Of a stretch of DNA of 64,000 bases, positions 50,933 to 64,000 are shown piece by piece. Below the pieces are notes generated by a model that saw only the letters and a program-made list of their open reading frames with translations, did no database searches and was not told the DNA's origin. The stretch's first letter is position 1. Every line of letters starts with the position of its first letter. This stretch comes from Felis catus. Taxonomy: Eukaryota. The stretch lies in NCBI RefSeq assembly GCF_018350175.1, contig NC_058368.1, positions 45,014,001 through 45,078,000 on the forward strand, read 5' to 3'. The position numbers were made by a program, and so were the translations under genes.

Positions 50933-51730
50933 GATGAATATATTCATCAATAAGTTGAGACACTTAGTAAGCTTCCTTATACATGACATCATCTTGCTCC
51001 ATATCCTCAAGGATGCCCCAGTTTTTATAATATCTCTGGGTGAATCAGAAAAAGCTCCAATGTTCTTTTCTCTCAACTATTGAAAGACTATTGTAACAAA
51101 TAGATTTTTGTTAGTTAAGACATGACCTCCTGGAAATATGTTGCAATATGTATTAAATCTACAATGTGTATGATGTGAACAGTATCACCTTACATGTTGT
51201 ATAATGTGCAATTTGTACAATGATATGTGGCTATTTATAGATTCTTACTATGTATTTTGCACTTGAAGGATATTTGGTATAATTAAGGTATTTATAACTG
51301 TAAAATATTTTAATATTTCAAATACATTTTTGGAATTTTTTTAACTGTCTAGAACCTGTTATTTGCAGAATATAAAAAGAATGTAGTATTCCTTAAAATA
51401 AAGAAAACTTGTAAGGCCTTAACCAATTCTGGAAAAAATATATGTAGAATGTATAATTTTAACTCTCTTAAATTTACTGTATTATCATCACCTGCTCCAA
51501 ACAAAAAAATGGTTATATTATATTCATTAATTCATCAAAATAGATCCTATTATGTTCCAAGGATTACTCTAGATGCTAGAAATTATAGGCAAATCCTGCT
51601 GCCTCATGCAGCTTACAAAGTAGAGGAAAAGAGAAAGACAAGTAAATTTTGTTTAAATCTTGAGTAATTACATAGAGTAATAAGTGTAAAGATAATTACA
51701 TAAGGTTTTATGATAAATAATGCCAAAAGT

Positions 51731-51954
51731 TTATTTATTTTTTATTTTTTTAATGTTTATTTATTTTTGAGACAGAGAGAGAGCATGAATGGGGGAAGGG
51801 CAGAGAGAGAGAGAGGGAGACACAGAACCAGAAGCAGGCTCCAGGCTCTGAGCTGTTAGCACAGAGCCCCACGCGGGGCTCGAACTCATGGACCGTGAGA
51901 TCATGACCTGAGCTAAAGTCGGACGCTTAACCGATGGAGCCACCCAGGCGCCCC
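51731..51954 (-). mobile_element. Can-SINE (SINEC_Fc-like)
   Basis: Ends gccacccaggcgcccc. Confidence 0.94.
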
Positions 51955-52441
51955 GTAAAAGAGTTTAATTTGAATTGGACAGTTCCAGGAGTTCACTGTC
52001 AGGAGATAATCTTTAACCTGAGATTAAGAAACATTGGAGTTGAAAACTCTTGTGGAAAGGATATTCTCTTTATGGGAAATGCTGGTTATTAAATGTTACT
52101 TGTACTATATATAAGTGGCACAGTAAAATTACTGGCATGATTGAGTCCCCTGAATGTACTTAGTATCACACAGCATTGAGTATTTTTTTGTGTGCCTGTA
52201 TGGTATGTATGTGTGTGTGAGAAATAAATATGAACAAAAACTTGTGATAAATTTATTTATAACTTGGGATTGTGTGTCTATTGTGCTTTGGGCTGAAACC
52301 TGGTCTTCCATAGTTCTCAACACTTAATTTGCATTTAATAATGTTAATTATTTACCTTTAAAGGGATAGAAAGGGAGACAATTTTCAATACTGGTTAACA
52401 TAGCCCATTCAAAACGTTTCCTCTGGAAGAAGAATATGGAA

Positions 52442-52444
<3 letters not shown>

Positions 52445-52494
<50 letters not shown>
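52445..52494. repeat. (TG)25 microsatellite
   Basis: Seen directly. Confidence 0.97.
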
Positions 52495-52497
<3 letters not shown>

Positions 52498-53499
52498 TCC
52501 TCATTCTAATTGTGCTCTAGCCATTGCATAGTAAGGTGTTTTTATTACTTTATGAGTTTACCTGCAAGGTATACGTCAAACCTTGTTTGTACTTTCATAC
52601 CTTTATGTCTGCATTTTGTGGTGATCACCATTAGACAATGCTCTTGATTAATTAAATAACATAAATCTCAGGAAAACAAGTCCTTTCATGCTTTGGACAA
52701 GATTATCTGTGCAATTTATTCTTTCATAATACAGTGATACTATTTTTCAAGGGGAAAATAAGAATAGGTACCAGACTGTAATATAAATTAATAAATACCT
52801 ATGGCATTTTAAAGTATGTAGCGTGTTTTCATATTCATGTATTCAATTCACACTTAAAAGGATAATTTAGCAATTTGGTAAGGAATAATTTAAATAAATT
52901 ACATTTGAAAGACTAGACTTATTTTCCTATTTACATCCTTCTTTTTGATGACCTTTGACTTACTGTAAAGTCTCCAATATGATCTCTGTCTCTTGTTCTT
53001 GCTCCCTTCCTGCCTCTCTCTCTTTCTAGAATATTTGCTGTTCTCAAGTATCACCCAGAGAATTTTACCTTTTGCTCTCAATGTACTTGCCAAAGCATCA
53101 GCAATAAATATGAGACAACTTAAGCAGCGAATTTGGTTTAATTAAGTAATAGTTATGAACTTATTTCTCTTATCTCTGTTGGTATACTGTGGTTAAGCCA
53201 GATGAGAACTAGGATTTATTTTAAATGTGCTTGCTGAATGCTTTCTGCAAACTTCAACTGAGTTTACAGATGAGGCCAACTGTCTCTTCTCAGGTCTAAT
53301 ATGTACATTTGCTTAGTCATAGAGAACTTAGGCTGAGCTTTGAGATATCTCATATCTGTCTTCTAACTGACAGGTACACATGGTTTTGGCTGCACATTGC
53401 TGCAGCAATCTATATAATATGTATATGCCTGGGACCCTGTGAAGATTTTTTATGGCAGAAAATATTTTTAAATACCCGATCTCTCTAAAAATAAGTTTA

Positions 53500-54390
53500 T
53501 ACACAGATGACCAACAAATACATGAAAAGAAGCTCAACACCACTAATCATCTGGGAAATGCAGATCAAACCTTAACCTTTCAGAATGGCTAAAATCAAAA
53601 AGACAAAAAAAAATGTTGGAGAGGGCATGGAGAAAAAGGAACTCTGTACACTGCTGGTGGGAGTATAAATTGGCATAGCCACTGTAGAAAGCAGTATGGA
53701 GGTTTCCCTCAAAATTAAAAGTAGAAATATCATATGATCAAATAATTCTGTTACTGAGTATTTACCCAAACAGAACAAAAGCACTAATTTGAAAAGATGC
53801 ATGCACCCGTATGTTGATTGCAGCATCAGTTACAATAGCCAAGCTATGTAAGCAACCTGTGTCCATCAATAGACCAATGAATAAAGACGTGATGTGTGTA
53901 TATATAATATATAATGGAATAAAAAAAGATGATATCTTACATTTTTGACAACGTGGATGGACCTAGAGATATTATGCTAAAGAAATCAGACAGAGAAAGA
54001 CAAATACCACATGTTTTCACTTATGTGCAGAATTCAAAAAACAAAACAAAACAAAAGAATAAACAAACAAACAAGTAGAATCAGATCTATAAATATAGGG
54101 ATCAACCAGATTGGCAGAAGGAAGGGGGGAGTGAGGGGTTGGGCAAATGAGTAAAGGGGAGTGGAAGATACAGGCTTCCAGCTTTAGGATGAATAAGTCA
54201 CAAGAACAAATGGTACAATGTATGGAATATGATCAATGATATTGTGATAGTGTTGTATGGTGACAGATGGTAGCTACACTTGTGATTAGTGTAGCGTAAC
54301 ATACTGAGTCGTTGAATCACTGTGCTCTACACCTGAAACCAATGTCACGTTGTGTCCACTATACTCAAATGAAAAAAAATCAAATAAAAA
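53500..54390 (+). mobile_element. 5'-truncated L1 3' end
   Basis: catgaaaagaagctcaacaccactaatcat...tggatggacctagag...tacacctgaaaccaatgt followed by an A tail. TSD-like aagtttat. Confidence 0.9.
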
Positions 54391-55286
54391 GTTTATGTAT
54401 AGGAAGACTTGTAATTAAATTTGGAATTACTACAATTAGTGACTTTACACAGAGTGTGTTAACATGAATTTTTAGGCTGCATTTTAAACTTATTTAATGA
54501 CCCGCTGAAAGATTAAAAATAATTATTGTTTCCCAATCATGTGTATTTTGTGTATAACTAGTTGGGGTGTAACTCAAAAGATTAGATCATTTGATTCTAT
54601 GCCTCGACTAGTTCTTATAAGGAAATAACGTTGTCCAAGAATGGTGTTGTGAACAGAAACTGGGACTATTCAGGTAAAACACAGTCCCTAGCAAAACATA
54701 AGAACTTGATGGGTGTTAATTTTTATTATTCATTTTTTCTTTTCATCCAGAAAGATTTCCCTTTGTAGCTTGTTATTCTTTTTGCATTTGACCATTTTCC
54801 ATTATTCCATTTTCAACATGGCTTATCACATTTACTGTCCTTTAGGAAGTACAGTTTTCTCCATCAGGTTCATTTCCAGTGACTCTATTCTATTTCATGT
54901 GTATTGGTCACCGGAGAATTCACTCTTTGTGTGCTCAACATGACTGAATATCATTCTTCCATTTTTGAACTCCTATAACATGCATATAGAGGCCTGTATT
55001 TTGTCATCACAACCTAGTTGAATAATGATTTTTCTTTTCTGAGTAGAGGATGCAATATATCTGTTTTTACACCCAACAATCTGATGTAGAGTCTAACATG
55101 TAATGTTCTCATAATGAGCAATTATTGAAGTAAACCAATGGCTATAGTATGTATACTGTTAGGATCTTCCCATGTATTAAAACCAAAGTACTAACATAGA
55201 GGTAACTCATTTGATTTCTATGAGGAAACTACTCTTGAGTTGTAGGCTATTTCTCCTCAATTCTATTCTTTAATTTACCAAATAAA

Positions 55287-55394
55287 AAGGGTAACCATCT
55301 ATTCTGTTTTCCTGACCAAGAGGTTTCCAGGATCATAAGACTTTCAGTACTAAACCAGGGAAGTCCTGGACAAGCTGGATGGCTGATGGCCCTA
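55287..55394 (-). mobile_element. MER81-like hAT-Blackjack MITE
   Basis: About 108 bp with terminal inverted ends agggtaaccatc...gatggcccta and internal gactttcagtactaaa. Confidence 0.75.
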
Positions 55395-55857
55395 GACAGA
55401 CACCGTAAGTAAATGTATAGATGTTTGACACATGTACAATGAGAATATAATTTATATGATTTCAGACATCTTTAGCAAAAGATAGGTATTATAATAATGT
55501 TTAAATATTAGAATTATGGAAATATTCAAAATGTTCATACCACGTGGCATTTTTCTTAATCCTTTTGTTTGCAATCACATTCTCACATCTGTATCTCTCA
55601 CCTAAAAATATAACATCCATGGTATAAATAGCACATGAAATATTTTATATCCAATTTAAAATTAAATATTTCTAAGTTAAAGAAATTTAAAAGAAACTGT
55701 ACTTATAAATGATAAATGACTTTAAAAGACTTTATTGTCTCTGATATGTGATTTATAACATATTCATATATTAAATAGCAAATATTCTTATTTTTGGTAT
55801 CTGTTTACAATAACCTATTTTCTTTTAAAGTATTTCAATTAAACCTTAATTATTGTT

Positions 55858-56062
55858 GGGACGCTTGGGTGGCTTAGTAGGCTAAGCGTCAGACTCTTGG
55901 TTTCAGTTCAGGTCATGATCTGGCAGTTTGTGAGTTTGAGCCCCACATCCGGCTCTGTGCTGACAATGCAGAGCCTGCTTGAGATTATCTCTCTCACTCC
56001 CTCTCTCTGCCCCTCCTCTCTCTGTCTCTCTCTCTCTCAAAAATAAATAAATAAGCTTAAAA
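55858..56062 (+). mobile_element. Can-SINE
   Basis: TSD aattattgtt. Confidence 0.93.
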
Positions 56063-56209
56063 AATTATTGTTAACTGCTTGACCTTCTTTGGTGAAATTT
56101 TCGGTGAAACCTCAGAAGAAAAGAAAATAGAATTACACTGCCTGGATTCACATCTCAGGAACTTACTGAGCAACCCTCCACAAATTACCTAGCCAACTGT
56201 CTGTTTTTT

Positions 56210-56376
56210 AACCATACAATTAATAATAATTAATTAATAATATCAATAATTTATAACAATCATACAGATTAATAATACATAATACATAATAATAACCATA
56301 CAATTAATAATTTATTAATAATATTAATAATTAATAATAATTAACCATACAGATTAATAATAATAATAATAATAAT
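56210..56376. repeat. AT-rich degenerate minisatellite (core aaccatac[a/ag]attaataat x4)
   Basis: Seen directly. Confidence 0.8.
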
Positions 56377-56774
56377 TTCTTCATTTATAATGTTGATGAG
56401 AAGAAGAAACACGTTGGTTACCTGGCTAAGAAGAAGTATTCTTTGTTTAGTATTTTATAATTACATACAAACAGATGAGTTTTTTGCCCTATCCATTCTC
56501 CTTCCAATTATAGAATAGGTAAGTTTTTTTTCTATTTCATGTGCTTAAATATAAATACTGAACTACAAAAAATATGCTGGTGCCCAAGAATGTATGACCC
56601 TGAGAAAATAGTGAGTGAGAGGAAGCATTTTTCTCCCTGTTTTCACTTTGTCAAAAATAATTTTTCTGAATTATGTAGTCTCTGAAACCCTTTATTACTG
56701 TGTCCTTGGAACCAGCTTTCATTAACTTCCTTATTCACTTCAGGATATTTTTGTTATTTCTTTGGTTTATAGGT

Positions 56775-57018
56775 ATTTATTTATTTATTTATTTATTTAA
56801 ACTCTTTTAAGTTCATGTATTTATTTTGAGAGAGAGCCAGAGACAGAGAGAGCACGAGAGGGGTATGGGCAGAGAGAGAGAGTGAGAGAGAGAATTCCAA
56901 GCAGGCTCCGTGCTATCAGTACAGAGCCCGATGTGGGGTTTGAACTCAAACTGGGAGATCATGACCTGAACCACAATCAAGTGTTGGACACTTAACCAAC
57001 TGAGCCACCCAGCACCCA
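56775..57018 (-). mobile_element. Can-SINE with (TTTA)n tail
   Basis: Body in antisense. Confidence 0.92.
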
Positions 57019-57542
57019 TGTAGATTTATTTTTAAAAGGTCCAAATAAAACTATGAGTTTTAAAAATACCAATTTTTACATATATAAAATTATTATATAT
57101 GTAATTTTACTGTTAATATTCAATTACATTCCCTTTTTAGATACAAAAACAATTTTCAGGGAAATGTGTCTATTAGTGGAAACATATATATTACTCTCTC
57201 TGGCCTCCAAAAATATAATGCATAATGACAAGTAACCTAAGTACAATGTAATGATTTGAAAGCTATTGATTTGACAGTCTTTACAAGGTGATCTTAAATA
57301 CATTTTCATTTCTCTTGAACCAAGATAGTATTTTCCCTTGAAGTAAATATACTTAGTGTTTATCATGTGGTATTACAAGAGCTATTATATCATGTAGTCT
57401 TAGAATAACTATAATAATACAAGATTACCTTGTAAATCTTTGAAAGACCTACAAAGTTCCCTTTGTATTTCAGGAGAACCATGGAGGATACAAACCTACA
57501 AAATCAATTTGCAAGTCTTGTAAAGAGTGTATAGAGTATTGC

Positions 57543-57567
57543 TTTTTCTCTCTTTCTTTTTCTTTCT

Positions 57568-57654
<87 letters not shown>

Positions 57655-57656
57655 TC
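57543..57656. repeat. (CTTT)n tetranucleotide repeat
   Basis: Seen directly. Confidence 0.96.
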
Positions 57657-57818
57657 GACCATGTAAATTTGTAAAGAAAACATATGTATCTAACCTTATT
57701 CTTTCTATGTCAAAGTGTCATGACTTATCAAAAAAAAAAAAAAGATGCAATTATCTTAATGTAATGTATGTTCATTAACTCCAAAGTTTAGTTTTCCCAG
57801 TAATTGAAAAAAAAATTG

Positions 57819-58002
57819 AGGAGCAACTGGGTGGCTCAGTCATTTAAACTTTGGATTTCAGCTCAGGTCATGATTTTATGGTTCATGGGTTTGAGCCCTA
57901 CATCAGGCTCTGTGCCTACAGCTCAAAGCCTGGAGCCTACTTCAGATTCTGTGTCTCCCTCTCTCTCTGCCCCTCCCCTGATTGCACTCTGTCTCTGTCT
58001 CA

Positions 58003-58035
<33 letters not shown>

Positions 58036-58088
58036 TCCAAAACAAAAAACAAATAATCATTAAAAACTTTTTTAAAAATAAAAAAAAT
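57819..58088 (+). mobile_element. Can-SINE with (AAAAAC)n-expanded tail
   Basis: Head, body and tail recognisable. Confidence 0.92.
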
Positions 58089-58204
58089 AAATGCATTCAT
58101 TTTGTTATTTAGGGTGTGTTTCTAATAAGCTACAAAAGGATTCCAAAAGAGTGAAAATCAGCATGTCAAAATAATGTGGAGGTGAATACTGACACCTGAT
58201 TTTC

Positions 58205-58443
58205 TTTTTTTTTTTTTTTTATTTTTTTTCAACGTTTTTATTTATTTATTTATTTATTTTGGGACAGAGAGAGACAGAGCATGAACGGGGAAGGGGCAGA
58301 GAGAGGGAGACACAGAATCGGAAACAGGCTCCAGGCTCTGAGCCATCAGCCCAGAGCCCGACGCGGGGCTCGAACTCACCGACCGCGAGATCGTGACCTG
58401 GCCGAAGTCGGAAGCTCAACCGACTGCGCCACCCAGGCGCCCC
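58205..58443 (-). mobile_element. Young SINEC_Fc
   Basis: CpG-rich. Perfect 15-bp TSD tgacacctgattttc. Confidence 0.97.
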
Positions 58444-59142
58444 TGACACCTGATTTTCAAAATGATTTCAGTTCTAGAAAAAAAAGTATTGTTCACAATG
58501 TTTTAAAAACTAATATGAGCACACTAATTAAACTCCAAGTGGCAAGAAATGAAGAGGGAAATGTTAAAATCTTAGAGAAAAGTATAATTTGAAATGGAAC
58601 TGGGTAATTGGAATTTTCATTTTTTTTTCTAGTTCTAAATCTGCATGAAGTGCCAAGTATCTTGAATCTGTTGGAAAATATAACTTGCCCCATATACTGG
58701 CTTAGCTGTTGTTCATGATACAGACAGAACATATGTCACTTTCCTCAGTGTTTTCTTCTTCTTAGTCCTGTTTCACATCTCCCGATTGATCAAAAGTGAG
58801 CTTAATGGTTTTCTAATCAGGAGAAAAGAAGTTGTTATACATACAGTGTCCAAGAATCTAAATAAAACAAAATCACTTCTTTATTGTCCCTTATGTTTCA
58901 AACAGAGATATCACTGGTCCTGATTTTAAATATAGGACTGTATTCCATTATATCTCAGTAATGTTAATGACTAAAACATTTTCACTCATTCTTTTTTGTG
59001 CTTTAATTTTCTTTTTATAATTTTAAATTATATAATCAAGATTTTTATAAGGATAAATTTAACATTTTATAAGAATTTTCTAGACAAGTGTTTTCAATAT
59101 TCAGCAAGAATTTATAGCTATTTTTTATTATTTAAGAAAACA

Positions 59143-59345
59143 GGAGTGCCTGAGTGTTTAACTTGGTTAAGCGTCTGCCTTCTGCTCAGGTTATGATCTC
59201 TTAGTTCATGAGTTCAAACCCCACATTGGGCTGTCTCCTGTCAGCACAGAGCACGCTTCATATCCTCTATCTCCCCTCTGCCCCAAACCACTCATGCTGT
59301 CTCTCTCTTTTCCTCTCTCAAAAATAAATTAAAAACGCTAAAAAA
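59143..59345 (+). mobile_element. Can-SINE (older)
   Basis: TSD aagaaaaca. Confidence 0.88.
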
Positions 59346-60187
59346 GAAAACATGCAGAAGAAAATACATGATTTTCTAAAGTGCCTATATATCATTCCAC
59401 TCTACTAGTAGAGAAAATAGTTTCAATAAGACCCATAAAACATATGCCCTAGTAAAATTATATATTTAATGTTAACATGGAAATATCTTCAAGTAAATAA
59501 TGCCAGGTACATATGTGTTATGTACATGTAATTGTACAAATGCAAAACATTTATAGAAAGATAAAAAAGGAAAGATAAAGATAAAATGGTTAATGTTTAT
59601 TACACCAAAGATGTGGGATTACTTAGAAGGCTTCAGATGAATTTATCATGCTTCATTTTGCATGGCTTGAGTTTTTAAGATATATCAAAATTTATTTTTT
59701 TAACTTCAGAAAAATGACTCCAGGCTTAAGCAGAACTGATTTTGTTGAAGACATGGTAGAAAAAAGTTCTAGAATTTCTGTCTCAGAATTACAGAATTTG
59801 GGGATAACTTTCTGGAATCTGTTTTTAACATGAACACTTAATGGAAAATATAAATGTTAAACTCAACTAATAAAAGAATAAAAAATGAATACATTTTCAT
59901 CAGATGTTTTCCTTCAAAAATGTGAAAAATACTATATCTTAGTCTGAAGGAGGAAAAGTTCACTTAATGCTGATACAACTGTATGAATATTTCAGTGGAA
60001 ATTAATTATTTTATAATAATCTTAAAATTAAAAAATACATTTATATGAAATTATAGGTATTATAATGACATTAAATTATGTATATATTTTGAATATTTGC
60101 ATTTATTGAAATTTAATGAAATTGTTAATCATTACATTGTATTTAGTTAGACATTGATAATAACTCATTTTAAACATAAACACTAAA

Positions 60188-60414
60188 GGGCACCTGGGTG
60201 GCTCAGTCAGTTAAGTATCTGACTTCGGCTCAGGTCATGATCTCACAGTTCATGAGTTCAAGCCCCATATTGGGCTCTGTGCTGACAGTTTAGAGCCTGG
60301 AGCCTGCTTCGGATTCTGTGTCTCCCTCTCTCTCTGCCCCTCCCCTGATCATGCTCTGTCTCTGTCTCTCTCTCAAAACTAAATAATAAACTTAAAAAAA
60401 AAAATTTAAAAATA
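60188..60414 (+). mobile_element. Can-SINE (first of tandem pair)
   Basis: Full body. Confidence 0.95.
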
Positions 60415-60415
60415 C

Positions 60416-60656
60416 GGGGCGCCTGGGTGGCGCAGTCGGTTAAGCGTCCGACTTCAGCCAGGTCACGATCTCGCGGTCCGTGAGTTCGAGCCCGGCGTCA
60501 GGCTCTGGGCTGATGGCTCAGAGCCTGGAGCCTGTTTCCGATTCTGTGTCTCCCTCTCTCTCTGCCCCTCCCCCGTTCATGCTCTGTCTCTCTCTGTCCC
60601 AAAAATAAATAAACGTTGAAAAAAAAAAAATTAAAATAAATAAATAAATAAATAAA
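60416..60656 (+). mobile_element. Young SINEC_Fc (second of tandem pair)
   Basis: CpG-rich body ggggcgcctgggtggcgcagtcgg... Confidence 0.96.
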
Positions 60657-61091
60657 TAAACATAAACACTAACAATTAAGGGAGCAGGATCACAAAGAAA
60701 TTGCTTCCTGGCATCATTGTTTATATGCACAAGAAGACAACAGTTGTATGTATATTGATTTTACAATTTTTAATGAATATAGACTAACAATTATAAGATA
60801 TTAACGTGAAGTAAATACTTACTAAATACCACCTTTGTCACTACCCATAATGGATTAACCATAGGCATTCTGGAACCATGACAGCATGCCATTGGGGAAA
60901 AGCTGGGACTTGCTGCTGTTGGTGCTAGGGGACATCGTCTGACTGATTTTTGTTGCACAAGGAATGGTTACTCATTTTAAAACAGCCACTGTGTACATTA
61001 ATGAAGTTTGAATGGCACATTAAGAACAAAATAAAATCCTTTTTGACTTTTGGAGAATATTGTTTACATTAGTGGAAAAAAGAAGGAAAGA

Positions 61092-61139
61092 GGAAGGAAG
61101 GAAGGAAGGAAGGAAGGAAGGAAGGAAGGAAGGAAGGAA
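61092..61139. repeat. (GGAA)n repeat
   Basis: Seen directly. Confidence 0.96.
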
Positions 61140-61674
61140 TTGAGAAAAACAAAAAAAGCAGCCTCCTTAACATAGAATCCCAGAAGTGAACAGTTTCTCG
61201 CCTACTCAGAAACAGCTTTCTGGGTCTGCTGTATGATCATCAGTTTTCTTTGATATACAGGAATAAAGGAAAATGAATGGTTCCTGCAGTCAGCTAAGTT
61301 CCCCATAAAAAGCTGAGATGGAAGGACAGAGTCATCCTTGCCTGGCTTCTTTTCCTAAACTCAACTTGAATAAATTCCCTTTTCTATCCCATGAATAAAG
61401 AAGGTAACAAACAGGGTCCAGGGTTATAATGTTAATGAGTGGCCCTGCTCATGGAATAAGATATCAGGGATGTAGATTAAGCATTTCCCCCAATAATTTG
61501 TCTATTTGGGAAAAGTGGATGATGGGTGGTTGTATGAGAAAAATGATGAACTTGGTTTTGAACCATGATGGCAACAAGTACTAAGGATATATGATAGGAC
61601 TTAACAGGGAAGACTCCATGAGCTTTCGAGTCTTTAGTACCTGCAGTTGAAGAGGTTGGAAAGGAAAGAGATTA

Positions 61675-61882
61675 TTTTTTAAATTTTATTTAATGTTTAT
61701 TTATATTTGAGAGAGAGTGTGAGCAGGAGAGGAGCAAAGATAGAGGGAGAAACAGAATCCAAAGTAGGGTCCAGGATGTGAGCTTTCAGCACAAAGCCCG
61801 ACGTGGGGCCCGAACCCACGAACCATGATATCATGACCTTAGCTGAAGTCAGATGCTTAACTGACTGAGCACCCAGTGTCCC
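61675..61882 (-). mobile_element. Can-SINE
   Basis: TSD gaaagagattatt. Confidence 0.93.
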
Positions 61883-61999
61883 ATGAAAGAGATTATTGTT
61901 TACTCTGTACAAGGCAGAACACCCCTGGCTGCTGCATATATGAAGAAGCAGACCCATGGTCCAAAGTCAGAGTGTGTATACTCCAGAAGTAGTAAGATA

Positions 62000-63475
62000 T
62001 GAACAGACATTCCTCCTCTCTGGAATGGCCTTGACCTCACATGGTCTGAACACTCTCATCTTCTTCAAGGCCTAGTTAGGCACGCCTCCTCTGACCCTAC
62101 AAAGCAATATTTAATGTTTGCCCTTTGAGCTCACATTGATATTATATACCCTTAGTACAAATTACAACACTGCATGATACATCTTTATTTGGGTGAAAAG
62201 GCATGTTTTTCTCTAACAGAAAACTTTTTGTATTTATCTTAAAGCAAAGATAACAGTGTTTTGTTTGATCAAAAGAAAACAACAGTGCCTAGTAGAGTGT
62301 CTTCAAGATTACAACTCTCTCTCTATTTTTTGCCTAATTAATTAACTGATTAAATTATAATACAAGGGAGAGGGAAGAACAAAGCATCTGGCTTGAGTTG
62401 GTCAAAAATTTGTAGGTATTAGACGGGTCATTAGGGTTATATTTTTAAGCCTTGGGAGAATTTGAACATAAAAAGAATAAAGGCACAGCAAACAGGTTGG
62501 GGAAAATGATGAGAAGGATTAGTTGCAAGTATGTGGAGTAAATGTGGAGGAGTTCAAGTTGATTGACAACTAAGTTTTAATATAAAATAAGACAGGAGAC
62601 AAAAAATAAGGAGTTTTGAATGTCAGCTAAGGAACAGGGTAACATCCTTTAGCTAATGAGGAATTTCTGAATAGGAAAGAGAGAGGATCAAAGTTGTTCG
62701 TCAACACAAACCTAAATCTGAGAGGTCTTTTAAAAGTCTCCTATAATAGTTCAGGCAAGGAGTAATAAGGACCTGTATTCGTGGATTGATTGGAACTCTT
62801 GGGGTAGTGGCCATAAGAATAGAGAATATAGAATCTTTTGGAGAGATGTTATGAAGGTAAAATCAGTAAATGTAACACTGATTGATCATTTCACTCACCC
62901 ATTTAAACCCTTCAATTGTCATCTACTGCACTTAGCATAAATTTTATAATCTCTATCTTGACCCACAAAACCCTTAATGATTTGGCCCTTTCTTACCTTT
63001 TTTATGTGCCATCATCTTGTGTCACTTAACTCCACCCCTTCTACGCTTGCCTCATCCATAATTTCCTCATAATTTTTCTAAAGCTCCTAGTTCTTTTCCC
63101 TAAGTGCTTTCACACAGACAAATTCTCTTGGAATGCTATTTATTTTCACCTGCCTAACTCCTACATATACTTCAAGTTTCAACTGAAATAGTCCTTCTTC
63201 AGAGTGGCTTCCCTGTGACTTCTGGATATCCTGTCTTTTAGCACCATTATGTTCATTTATAGCCCTAATCTTATATGTACAGTGCGTGTTTGTGTGTATG
63301 TGTGCGTGTGTGTGCATGTGTATGTGGTTGTTTTATGAGAGTTATTTGGGTTCTCCTTCCTTTCTGTATCACCATTAATGGAGGAGGGGCTTTATTCATT
63401 TAATTCATTATACATCTACCCCAGCACATTTGACACAGAAAGGGGATTAATAATATTTTTTTAAATGAATAAATG
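62000..63475. mobile_element. Cluster of L2 relics in both orientations
   Basis: Pyrimidine-rich (62000-62350, 62880-63475, ending aatgaataaatg) and purine-rich (62350-62880) L2-like blocks. Confidence 0.6.
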
Positions 63476-63596
63476 GGAGCAAGTGCTAACATCTTTTAAT
63501 GTAGACAAGGAAATTATCTCTCTGTTTCAACCATGCTCAGCCTGGTCTTCAGAAAGTAAATACTATTTATAATGAAGGTGTCAAAAAGATTCAGAG

Positions 63597-63648
63597 GTCT
63601 ATCTATCTATCATCTATCTGTCTACCTATCTATCAGTCTCTACCTATG

Positions 63649-63692
<44 letters not shown>

Positions 63693-63706
63693 ATCTATCT
63701 ATCTAT
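63597..63706. repeat. (TCTA)n tetranucleotide repeat
   Basis: Seen directly. Confidence 0.96.
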
Positions 63707-64000
63707 GTAATCTTTCCTAGCATGATTGTCCTTTGTATATAGAGTTGAAGCCAAGAGACTTCTAGATTACTAACAACATTTAAAGAGAGAAAAGGAGGAC
63801 ATCATACCCATGTTTATAAAGTAAAATGAGGGAGGCTAAGCAGAGGTCATAAGGAGAAATTAAAGGAGGTAGTGAATGTATCAGAAAAAAATATAGTTTG
63901 GAGAATATCATAAGGCATGTAGTGGCTGGTAGTGAAGAACAAGAGAGTAGGACATTCTATGTTGAGATTTAAGTGTCTTCATTACATCTCTCAGAGCAGA

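Noticed and set aside
413..61882. tRNA-like A/B boxes and recurring SINE-derived peptides (AQVMIS..., GACFRFCVSLSL...)
   Set aside because: These are Can-SINE heads and bodies, not tRNA genes or a protein family.

Overview
This is mammalian genomic DNA, not prokaryotic. The dense tRNA-derived Can-SINEs of the feline (SINEC_Fc) type point to a cat or other felid. The only protein-coding sequence I can support is the first coding exon of KLHL1 (kelch-like 1) on the minus strand (ATG at 20806, splice donor after 20304), inside a CpG island at about 20.3-21.7 kb. Positions 1-20303 are KLHL1 intron 1, and exon 2 is not in the window. The region from about 21.7 kb to 64 kb is upstream DNA, which in human is traversed by the antisense lncRNA ATXN8OS/KLHL1-AS (SCA8 locus). 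The rest is AT-rich DNA with about 30 Can-SINEs, several L1 fragments, old L2/MIR/MLT/MER81 relics and microsatellites. I found no convincing previously undescribed system. The most interesting observations are the sense/antisense overlap at KLHL1 exon 1, an AUG-free leader of about 810 nt, tandem splice donors and several informative retrotransposition structures. Comparisons with human are from memory and need alignment. Boundaries of old repeats are approximate.
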